Assembly: GCA_050575255.1 (NCBI GenBank)
Contig: JBNZDD010013686.1
Coordinates: 3,902,801-3,966,800 of the forward strand
Origin: Harriotta raleighana
Lineage: Eukaryota
Direction of reading: 5' to 3'
DNA: 64,000 nt
Every line of letters starts with the position of its first letter. The first letter of the stretch is position 1. A model generated the notes under the pieces. The model was not told the DNA's origin. It did not search any database and saw only the letters and a program-made list of their open reading frames with translations. Both the position numbers and the translations under genes were made by a program. Below, one piece after another: positions 1 through 11,357 of this stretch.

Positions 1-1799
1 AGTTACTTTAAATTAAACTGGTCTCTTTCCTTACTGCTTACTGTGTCCCATTGCATTTTCTTTAATGAGTTTGTTTCAGGAGTTTTCTCCCGCTCTTGCA
101 GTAATCTTGCTGGCAGCCAGCCTGAATATATAGAGATCACTGGCTGATTTGATGTGTTTTGTCTGTGTTTCTGTGCAGTGGTGGATGTTTGACTGATAGG
201 ATGAGATCTTCATCGGCTGTTTGGTTCTGACAAGCCTGACAGAGCAACACCTAATAAAATTAAAAATATCAATCATGTTTTCTTATTAAAAACACATACA
301 CGTGTAGTCGTATAAGTAGGATACACATTAGTTAGGTGCAATGCTTTATAACAAACCCATTCTTGGTACCAATCTTAGTAATTCATTCATGTCTGCAGCA
401 CCAAATGAATTATTTTTTGCAAACCAACGCTGTCAGTATGTATTCTCTATGGATGCATAAAAAACTAACCAAGATTGCTAAATAGATTGTTGAAAATAGG
501 GATACAAGACTGAATGCCACATTACAATACCTGTATTCATCAGTGTAACATATCACAGTGTGGATGTGAAGTGGATATGAGGGGCTGAATTTTATTGCAC
601 TAATTTTTAAGACCATTAATATATGTGTTCAATAAATGTGTCAGTCAAAGAATTTCCAGCAAAATATATTTTAATATTACGATTACTCATTATACACTGT
701 NCTTTCGCCCTGGTTGGCCTGGAATCGAACTCATGTCTCTCGCTTGCAAGACAAGTGCTCTAACCACTGAGCTACAGTACTTCATCAATCACATGGAAAT
801 TAAATTGCTTCTGTTCAATGAGCCACTAAGACAGTGGAAATTCACACTTCCTGTTAATTTAGCTTCTAGCATCACCTGACTGCCTTAATTCTTGTTTCAA
901 AAACATTTTTGTTGTCACCCACTCTACTTGGAGGAAAGAATGAGCTTGTATTCAAACACAAAAACTTTCTATGCTGCTAAAGCTCTGAAATTCCCTCCTG
1001 CTGCCCTTCATGCGCTAATTATACCAACTGGAAAAAAAATGGTCCCCACAGACACTGGCGAATTGCAATGTTACAATGATAAGCCAGGGATGAGTTGCGA
1101 GTTACTTTAAATTAAACTGGTCTCTTTCCTTACTGCTTACTGTGTCCCATTGCATTTTCTTTAATGAGTTTGTTTCAGGAGTTTTCTCCCGCTCTTGCAG
1201 TAATCTTGCTGGCAGCCAGCCTGAATATATAGAGATCACTGGCTGATTTGATGTGTTTTGTCTGTGTTTCTGTGCAGTGGTGGATGTTTGACTGATAGGA
1301 TGAGATCTTCATCGGCTGTTTGGTTCTGACAAGCCTGACAGAGCAACACCTAATAAAATTAAAAATATCAATCATGTTTTCTTATTAAAAACACATACAC
1401 GTGTAGTCGTATAAGTAGGATACACATTAGTTAGGTGCAATGCTTTATAACAAACCCATTCTTGGTACCAATCTTAGTAATTCATTCATGTCTGCAGCAC
1501 CAAATGAATTATTTTTTGCAAACCAACGCTGTCAGTATGTATTCTCTATGGATGCATAAAAAACTAACCAAGATTGCTAAATAGATTGTTGAAAATAGGG
1601 ATACAAGACTGAATGCCACATTACAATACCTGTATTCATCAGTGTAACATATCACAGTGTGGATGTGAAGTGGATATGAGGGGCTGAATTTTATTGCACT
1701 AATTTTTAAGACCATTAATATATGTGTTCAATAAATGTGTCAGTCAAAGAATTTCCAGCAAAATATATTTTAATATTACGATTACTCATTATACACTGT
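1..1799. repeat. Apparently exact 700-bp direct duplication (1-700 = 1100-1799) across a single N at 701; probable assembly overlap
   Basis: Identical ORFs offset by 1099 (76..276 vs 1175..1375; 410..616 vs 1509..1715). The first copy ends exactly at the N. Confidence 0.9.
702..777 (-). mobile_element. tRNA-derived SINE head, truncated at the assembly gap
   Basis: Reverse complement gives A box TAGCTCAGTGG and B box GTTCGATTCC. Same head as the copies at 24936 and 48107. Confidence 0.88.
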
Positions 1800-3794
1800 T
1801 AAGTGACTTGATCTTTAAAATGACTCATATCGTCTTCTGGCTTTGTTTTACTGAGAGGAACACACCTGGAGGTTATATCCCTGACTCGAGTATTTCACAT
1901 ATATTTTAAAATTAGGTTTATTTAGTTGTGGTCCACCAACAATGTTTTCTTCTCCCTACTCTCCATCCGTGTTTTTTTGTCTTTCACTGTTATTTCTCCT
2001 TCTTCTGCTTGGTGTCAGCCATACCATATCCACATGTCCTCCCACACATGGAGATGTCTGTTCCTCTTATTTTTATCCTATATCTTCCAACATGAGTTGC
2101 TCTTCACCCTGTGTGACCCTGCAGACACACTCCAAGTCTCTGGATAATTGCCTGACAGAGCATTCTGCCACTTTGACGCAGTCCAGTATTCCAGCTGGTT
2201 TTCTTTTCTGAAAATTATTTATAATAATAAATAGCAAAATAACAAACACAGAAGTAAATGCAAGCATACAAACAGTGATGAGATTTCTTATTGACAAATG
2301 TCTTATGTACAGTGTGGAAAAATATTGTGATTAGATCTTACATCCGATTTGATGGGAGCCAAAATGTTACTCTGATCCAAGCTTTAAGGAATCTGGACAG
2401 TACAGGACAGTCAATACCTCAGGGGATGGAGTCTGAAGGGAGAGAGGCAGAAGACAGCCAGTGCCTACAAACTTTGTCCCAAGACCAACCTTGAACTGAC
2501 ACAGCTTTTGGCTATGAATTTGCAACTCAAGTGTGGATGGAAACTCTACAGATGGAGTAGTTGACTTGTCCGACCGTACAAATTCTTAATGCCACATTTT
2601 TCCCTACCAAGATTCAATCTTGTATCTGTGCCTGTGGCAGATACCTGAAGGCTGTGGAAACTTTAGTGGGTTGGTTGGCACTGTTGCAGTCACAAAATCC
2701 ATTCAGGTTAAATTGGCAGGGCTGTTTTTAGTCTGCTATCAAGGGAGTTTTTGAAGGTTGTTAACATAATTACTCTTGTGGGATGCCTCACCTAAAATAG
2801 TGATAAGCCCACACAAATAGTAATGCTTTCCAGCTTGGGAAGTTGATAATCACTGTGTAAATTGGTGCAATGAGGCAAAATATCAAATGAACTTTAATAT
2901 GAAATTAAGCTCACAAAACAAAAGCAAAACACGCATGGTAAAGCTGCTTTGCATTAATATATAGAAGTTCATTTCCCGCCAGATCTTCCTGGGGTAAATG
3001 TTTTATTGATATTTAATTTTATATGCTTCATTTTCTGAGGTTGTAAAGTGACTGGCAGACAAGGTACATGTGGAGCATGAAACAAAGGTGTTATGTGTTC
3101 ATAAAATATTCGAGCAAGACTCAGCACTGCTTTACATAATTTTTTTTCTCCTTTTATTAGTACAAAATCATTTAGATGGTTGGATTACAGTGTAGTTTTA
3201 TTGAAGATTCAGCTGTCATAATCTGTTTGACTTTTTGTAATCCTTTGATATCAGTGATAAAAACTATCACAAATGCCAGAGATTTTATTCTAAGAATAAT
3301 TCTTGCACATAAATCGTATACATCACTTGACACCTCCCTCCCCTCCTCCACAATTTGTTTTATAAATGCCTAAAACTTACAAGCTCTGTTTTGCATAACA
3401 ATCGAGAATAGAACAGAAATCAGAGGTGAGCATCTAATAACAGATTGTAGGTACTAAAACACCTGTACGTATCTTGAATATTGTTAACTTGTTAACGTGC
3501 ATAATATTGCAGTAGGTGATTAAATAAATAGCAGTTAGAATATTTACTACTCTGTGGAATGTGCCAATTACTATTTTGTTTGTTCAGCCGGGTGTCTTGA
3601 CACATGGGGAAATCCATCACTATGCTCAGGAGTATCCAAACCAAATAGAAACTTCCCTGCATCTAGTTACTGGAGAGATGTACTTTTAGTGGAATAATCC
3701 TGACAATATTCACTCTTTGATTAGGTAATTGTGTGCTCCTTTAGTAAAGAACAGTGACCATGGCTTAGCTATGGAGATGCTGAATTAGTATGAG

Positions 3795-4225
3795 TTATAT
3801 TTGTTGGAGCTGGGGAGGTTAAGGGGTGATCTGATTGAGGTGTTTTAATAATGGAAGGAATTGACAAGCTAAGTAGATCATTCTGGGAGGGACATCTAAA
3901 ACAAGGGGACATAGTCTTTAAATTACTAAACCAGATAAAAGGGTTGGGAGGATGTGGAATACAATCCCCCAGAGGACTATTGATGCAGAATCAATTGGAA
4001 CATTTAAAAGGAAAATAAATACTTGGAAATTAAGGATATGATGAATAGGACAAAAACAACAAATGTACATTTATACAGTGCCTCTTATGTTCGGAGGATG
4101 ACCCAAAATGCTGAGGAACAAGGAACAAATGTCAGAGAGATGGGATTTTATGATCGACCATGATTTAATAAGGAAGTAGAACAAGCTTGTAGGGTCAGAT
4201 AGAATATGCCTATTCCTATGTTTTT
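3795..4225 (+). mobile_element. CR1-type LINE 3' fragment, interrupted by a - strand L2 tail (about 4052-4112)
   Basis: Relic translations RLRGDLIEVF (3816) and TRGHSL (3901) are typical of the CR1 ORF2 C-terminus. Ends in a cctattcctatg-type tail. Confidence 0.75.
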
Positions 4226-4237
4226 ATACAAAGATTA

Positions 4238-4440
4238 ACAGAATTTACTGCATAGAACCATGCCATTTGGCCCAACTGATCCATGCCAATGTTTATACTC
4301 CATATGAGTCTTCATCCTTATGTCCTATCATATATTTCTATTCCCTTCTCCCTCATGTAAAGGGCTAGCTTCCTCTTGAATGCATCTGCTCTATCTAATT
4401 CAACCTCCACTTCAGGCAGCGAGATCCACAGTCTCTGTGT
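4238..4440 (-). mobile_element. CR1-type LINE 3' end fragment
   Basis: gccatttggccca...tccatgccaatgtttatactcca motif. Its reverse complement resembles the CR1 tail at 60860-60935. Confidence 0.6.
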
Positions 4441-7400
4441 AAATTGATTAATCCGTGCAACTTTGAGAAATTGGATATTATATTGCACTGCATTTAAAAC
4501 GGAGTCTACTGGACGTTAAAATTAAGTTTACATTATCTAAGACAAAATTCTCTTGAAAAGACAACAATCAACTCGATTTAAATTTATAAATATAAGCTTC
4601 CTAAATCTGTTCTACATAATAGCTCATTCTAAAAGGCTTTTTTTTTGGCATCATATGTAAGCTGTAACTAAATACATTTTTAATGCACCTACATGTTACA
4701 GTTACAGTTGTGCCAGTTGGCTTGTATTAATATGAGACTCTTAAAATATTTGAGGTAACACGACAACGGCAAACAATCCTGCCCCTTTAATTTAAACTGC
4801 ACAACTAAATACAGAGGACACAAGTAGAGGGAGAATAGGAGGAAATAGTCAATCGTCTTGTAGCTATCTTAGGAAGACTATTAAAACAGAAACACTTTGT
4901 TCAATACTGGGCTCAAATAAGTTTGCTCAAGCAAATCAATGCCAGTTAATCTTTCAGTGTCAGATGAGTGAGTTTTGTAGTAATGATAAATGCCTTTGCA
5001 GGAAAGATGTAATTCTGGAATGCGAGCCTGTGGTCTGACAGCTACAGATGGTACCAATTACAGTCAGAAGAGCCTATCCTGCCGTGAGTCTGTGGAGATT
5101 CTAAGATCCCAGCATGCCAACAAAAAAAAGAGTTTGGCGGGCTTCATAGCGAGACCAACACCTGTGCTATGAAAGAACATGTTTGATGTAAGACTGTGCT
5201 CAGTTGAGACTCACTTTGTTTAGAGCCATTCCAAATGAAGACATTTTTTCCACAATTTTCTTGGCAGGAACTTGAAAGCTGACGCGAGGCATTTTTATTT
5301 ATTTTTGGCATTTAATATGAGGCCTAATGGAATGAAAATTGTATTACAATATAAATGTGGAACGTCAAAGTATTTGCAACTTCTGAAAGGGTTGCTGGCC
5401 AAGACTGCTATTTTACATGAGCCAAGGTAATCCGCTGACAAAAAAATGTGGCTGGGTTCTTGCAAGAAGTGCAGGATGATACCAACGTAATACAATCTTT
5501 TAATTATATCACTCCGAATCTGAACAGCCAGTATCTTGTTCTCTTGCTCTTTTGGGGCCTTTTTAAAAAAAAAGATTAAGAGAATCTACGTACTTTTCTT
5601 TAATAACAGTGGATTCATCAGCCAGGACTGTCTTTGCAGCAGCACAACCTCTCAAAGATACAAAGGTATGAAAATCCTTGGGTACTAATATAATCGAGTC
5701 ATGCTGGAGTGAAATACTAGCTCTGATTTAACTGAGTGGCACCATAAACCATCAGAGCCGAATCTGAGCAGTGTCGTGTATCTTATCTGAACACCCTGAA
5801 TTGTGTTTCTAACATTATCTCATTCAACTCAAGTCTTGGCCAGTGCCTGTTGTTTTAGTACACACATATAGTGGTAGTTTATGGTTACAATGTAGTAAAA
5901 TCTTTTGTCCGCACTACTTAATCTTGTTTTTTTTTAAAAAAAGAAACAATTTTCAGAGGAAGGGATGTTAGTGCAAGGGAATAGAGCACTCTGCCACTTT
6001 AAGTGCTGACTGTCAGGATAAGTACTCGTGTCAGGACGAGACAGAGTACATATAAAGTTAGGACCATCTTCTGTTGCTCAACATTTTATCTCGTTGCAAT
6101 TGGTTAACAGACCAATTTAATTCCAATTATTCCTTTCGCTACATTTGTGTCCTCATATTCAATGGAAAGATGGGTTGTTCCAGGAAATTGTCCAAAAGTC
6201 ATGTAACATTACCATAGGCACTTACCAGAATACCGAAGGCATCATTGGAGCATTGATTAGTGGGATGCTGACTTGACATAAACCAAACAATGCGAGTTTA
6301 AGCACTAACGTACTCCCTGGAAATACAATGGAGCGATTGTTGAGCCCGTTAGTCCAGTGTGAAACAACAACTTGCATTATTTATATACTACCCTCCAGAT
6401 CTGGTGGCATCTAGTATGCACCGGACGATAGGTTCAGGCCTAACCATTATTGCAGAGGTGGGGAAATGATTGCACATCTGCAAAGCAGGCAATACCTTCA
6501 AATGTTTGGTTAATAAGCTTATTCAGCGTGAAGTGGGAAAGATTCCTCAAGCTTCAATGATTTGCCTAACTTTAAACCATTATACGATCATTTTATATTG
6601 CAAATGTTTAAATGTACTTACACCATTATTGTTATTTAATTAACATCATGGGTAGCATTTTTTTTTAACCTCAATTGCCTTTTTTTTTAGAAAAAAAGTG
6701 TTACTCCATGAATAAATAACATGATGTTTAAGTACAGAGCTACTCTCACAAGGAAAGCACAGTATGGATTCATATGTCCAAAGTTCTCATGAAGCATTAG
6801 GCTAGCCTGATTTTTCTCTCAGCTAACAAAACTGATCAAAGCCTTTGGAGTATTTCTAATTGAAGATTAAAGTATATCGCTTCTCATTACTTATCCTCAT
6901 GCATTAGATGCAGATGTAGGATCTTGTGTATGCATGAACCTAGCTCGTTCAATCAGATAATTACGGGATTCTTGTGCTTTATTCTTGGTGTACTGGAGGG
7001 CTGCCATGGCATAATATGCCTGCTTCATGCACATCCCAACAGCCTCCGTAATTAAACCTGATAAAATGTTATTGTTTGCACTCTGGCGCAGGGATTTGTC
7101 GTCTCGTTCACAATGAGCTGCATGTTATTAGCAAAAGCAGCTTTAAACACACTGTATTCTTTGTGGAGGTTCAGAGGGGAGTAGGGTTATCTATCTCACA
7201 CAATACCTATAGGCCATTCTTGTCAGTGTGCACTGGCCTTCACTAAAACTATTGCTGATACTAATATAAGCTGTTTTTACAGGGACCCTCAGATCTTTAC
7301 CTTGGCCAGTTCTCTTTTACAGGTCAACTGATGAAAACTATTGTAGAAATTATCTAAAGACCCAATTTACGCTGACTGTTGGAATGTTTTTGCTAAAAGT

Positions 7401-7920
7401 TCTAAAATACAATTCCTGTGAGGTGCTGGACAAGTTATTGCCCTCTTAAACCAGTCTAACACCCTGCATTGTAAGAATGTAGGTGAAATTTTATGTTGCG
7501 TTTACTTGGTTCAGAAAATGAAGTCTTCTGTTCACTCAAGTATCCCCAAACATAAGTCTCAATTAAAGATTCATCAACAGCTGCAAGATGAGCAAATTGT
7601 GTTTTTCTTTAAAATAGAATACTGTGTTTCAGTTAGCGTTGTGGCCTTCCCTTGCAAACACTCACAGAACTATCTCATTTCTTATTGCTAACACTTTCTT
7701 TTATAGGTTTACGGTTTGGGAACTGTAAAATTTGGTGTGTGGGTGGGGGAGGGGGGGATAGTCTTTGTTCTGGCCTTACCTTCCTCTCCTAGAGTTACTA
7801 AAACGCGATGTGAAGGGCGCTATATAAATATACACTGTAGTGGTTGTGGCAGCTCCATGGATGCAGTGCTGCTCCTTGGTATCTATTCTTCCAGGGTGAG
7901 CCCGGATCATAAAAATCTTC

Positions 7921-8110
7921 AACAACAACAACAACAAAATTACACCTTTTTTTAACGCCTTTCATATCAGGAGGACATCACAACTAGCCGTCACAAATTT
8001 ATAGCATAGAAGTAGGCCATTCGGCCAATCGTGTCTGTGCTAGCTCTTCTAAAGAGCAATCCTTTCATTGCCGTTTAACCTGCCTTTTCCTCACACCCCT
8101 TGTATGCCAT
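7921..8110 (-). mobile_element. L2 3' tail (7921-7980) followed by a CR1-type 3' tail (about 7997-8110)
   Basis: (AAC)n-aaaattacac...cgcctttcat...ggaggacatc, then gaagtaggccattcggcc...gtctgtgctagctct. Confidence 0.65.
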
Positions 8111-8124
8111 CGATCATGTCCTCG

Positions 8125-8358
8125 CCCACCATTCACACATAGGCTCTTCCAATGGGGTCATTGGGTAACAATCAAACTGGAGAACCAGGGCCAATTTTTC
8201 TGTACTTAACTCGGTGACCCCAATAACTGGTGTATCGCCCCCCCAACCACCAAGTTAACTGCAATAAGTTAACTCAGCCTGAACCAGGGATCAAACATTC
8301 TACCTTCATGTTCTGCATGGCTCAGTGTCACACCGAATGGTACATTTACCTCTTGAGC
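8125..8358 (-). mobile_element. Old SINE-like interspersed repeat, related to 18590-18840
   Basis: The reverse complement shares a B-box-like ggtt-gatccctgg segment, gagttaact, aaaattggcc and tgacccc..tggaa blocks with 18590-18840. Heavily diverged. Confidence 0.45.
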
Positions 8359-9761
8359 TTCTTGAGTGGTATATTAGGAGATATTTTGATTTATTTATGT
8401 TCCCATTTTCACCTCAATAAATCCTGTAGCCCTATGAACTCCTGTGCCTGCAGGTCACAGACATTTTTATGATTACCATCAATGTTGTGGCGTAACTGGC
8501 CTATTAAATACAGAAGTGGTGATGCACTCACCTATCCTTTCCCCTCCCCATCAAGCTGCCTTTCGGAAGTGATGACAATTCAATCTGATCTAGTGAGAAT
8601 CAATGTGTTTGATTAAGAGTTGAGGCTGGAAGTAAACACGATCTTTAGAAGTAAGTTTACAGAAGGCATTTTGTTTTCTGATTCATCTGCTGTGCACAAC
8701 TGCCCAATTTTGCTCCGAAAAAAGCTCCTCGCAGTAATTTACCTCAATGTTCATAGGAGAAGAATCCAACGTAGCTTGGAATTCACACATGACAAACTGT
8801 TGTGTATGAAATTCTTCCCAGATGAATAACACTGCATTCATCATGCTGATGCTGGTTCTTTTTTTTAAGTGATTGCTTAAGTCCAGTACCTATTCTCCGC
8901 TATCCTCCATATGCCCAGTGCATAAAGATAGATAGTTCTGAGAAATAGTAGGTTGGGCCTCAATACATCATTGCGTGATTTCAGCAGCCTCACAAAGTGT
9001 GAACGTCACAGATTAGCAATAGGCCCTAATGTTTCAGTGATTCATATTCCACTGTAATTATATGGTTCACTGAAACTGATTACATCTCTGCTTCCATCTC
9101 AGCCTGAAAAGTTTTGGTTTGCTGGCTTCTTCATAATTTACAGCCTCAGCATAATAGGCCAGTCTTGTGGAAAAAAAAGAAGATAGATGATGCTGGCAAG
9201 GTTTCATAGATTTATTAAATTTCTATCAAATAAAGGAAAAAAAAGTCTGCTGTACTTGGAAATGGTCTCAAATTTTTTTAATCAAAATTCATGAGTTTCT
9301 GAGTTTGGTTCAGTAGGTTAGAGAAGAGTTGGAATCAAAGACTGATGAAAAAATAAAGAGCCTATTTGAAGTAATTTTTCAATGACAGCTTTTAATTGGA
9401 TGTTAAATCAAATGCTTATCTGCCTTCCTGCAGATATCACATTATATAAAATACCATTAGCATTACTTGCACTGTAACTGATATACTGAATAACAAGTTG
9501 TAGGCATATGACAGAAGTAATGCTTTGGTCAGCTGCTGAAATATTTAATACACTCACATTTGTGGAATTAGAATAAAAGCACTGGAACAGCAGTGCATAA
9601 TTAATATGTTTAATCAAAGATCTCCATAGCACTAGAGTGAACATAGCATTTGTTCAGCAGACTAGCCGAGATGTAAGAGTGCACAAAATGGTTTCAAAAA
9701 ATTAAAATTCTTGTTGGGAGGGAAAGAGAACTGAATCTGACTGTGGTCTCAAGTACACAGT

Positions 9762-10220
9762 GTGTCAGCTTGGCTCAGTGTCAGAAGTTTGTGGGCTTGA
9801 GTCCCATATTGGGACTTCAACTCACATACTCTTAAGATGACACTCCAATGCAGTGCTAGAAGTGCGTTGCATGGTCAAAGGTGCTGTCCTTCAGATGTCA
9901 AACTGAGGCCCCATCAGCTTGTTCAGATGGATGTTAAAAATCCCGTGGCACTGTTCAAAAAGAGAAGGCAGTTTCTTTCGGTGTCCTGGTGAACAATCCC
10001 CAAATAAATGTGATTGTTCAGTGCCTTGGGACATCCTCCCAACGTGAAAGGTGCTATACAAATGTAATTTTGTTTTTGTTGTTATTTATTACAGGGCTGT
10101 TTGTGGGACAAGCCGCGTTTGCCTACAAGCACATTGTCATTCCATTTCACAGTAAACCCTTTGAAGCGCTTTGAGACGTGCTTTCAGGGTGATAACTGTC
10201 TGTACCAAATGCAAGGATGC
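9762..10220 (+). mobile_element. SacSINE1/AmnSINE-like Deu-domain SINE with a nested L2 tail (about 10015-10085)
   Basis: ttggctcagtg..tcagaag..gtggg head; Deu-domain blocks aaactgaggcccc, gatgttaaaaatcccgtggcact, gtgtcctgg and gctgtttgtggga; aagcgctttgagac tail. Confidence 0.8.
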
Positions 10221-10498
10221 TTACTGTATTCAGAGAATGTTGGGTGGATTTCCTTTTGCGATTGCTTTGTGGATTAAAGGATGAATGCTTCTGTGGCAGC
10301 CTAGTATCCAGGAAACACAATTGCAATACAATCATTTATTGCCTTGGCAATATTGTGAAACAAAGAGAGGGGTTACTGCTATGTATTGGGTCTAAGAATT
10401 GCTGTAACAACATATAATCTTGTAAAGATATTTCCAATGACAAAATATTCGAAACAAATAATATAAATATTAATATATAACTAATATATGTGCCTCCC

Positions 10499-10647
10499 CA
10501 CTATCCATGCTACTGTATAATTATTAATTGGTTTGGATGTCAGTGCTACTGCTTGACTTAANTAATATATAGCATGGATATACACTATCCATGCTACACT
10601 GTATAATTATTAATTGGTTTGGATGTCAGTGCTACTGCTTGACTTAA
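10499..10647. repeat. About 62-bp direct duplication around a single N at 10562; probable assembly overlap
   Basis: cactatccatgcta(ca)ctgtataattattaattggtttggatgtcagtgctactgcttgacttaa occurs at 10499-10561 and 10583-10647. Confidence 0.85.
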
Positions 10648-11325
10648 GTACCTTGTGAAATGATTCTGGAGTACAGGAAAGAAGCCAATGTTTCCAACCT
10701 CTGTCACTTTCCGAGTCAACCTGGTAGACAGATACTGGCTGCTTCATGAAGCCATGGGGGCAAGTCACTCAATATTGAGACTGTCACTTGACCTCCCTGC
10801 TTTAGAATGCAGTTCTGTCACGCTGTAGCTTCCCGTGTGTTCATTGACTCTTCAAATGCTAGAGTCTTTAGCGTTGCTGCAATTGTAAAATATTAATGCT
10901 CTTTTCACTGTGGGTGAACTAATCGAAACCCAATAAAAAGCTGAATTGCACAGAATTTGCGGGAGCTTTGCACTAATTAAGGTAATATGTGAGCACACTG
11001 GGGCACTCATCCTGCATTCTATTATTTCAACTCTTCGTTTCACTTATGTTTTAGGTGCTCATCTGACATAATGAGAATGGTTTCTCAACGAACCTTAATG
11101 CTCCTCATTTTCTCCATTGATTAAGAATATATATGAAAGAAAGGTTATTTAGGCTTCCTTCGTCTACTCCCCGTTTCTGTTTAGTAAGAGGCTTGAACCC
11201 GCAAGTTGCAGGAGCAAACAGCTTATAATGAGGAGGATGCATTGTTGCTTGCCATTCATGCAATGCAAATTACGCTTTCTGTACATGTCAGCTCAATTTG
11301 CTAATCATGACTCATTTTCTATACC

Positions 11326-11357
11326 GAGAGAGAGAGAGAGAGCGAGAGAGAGAGAGA
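11326..11357. repeat. (GA)n microsatellite
   Basis: Directly visible. Confidence 0.95.
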
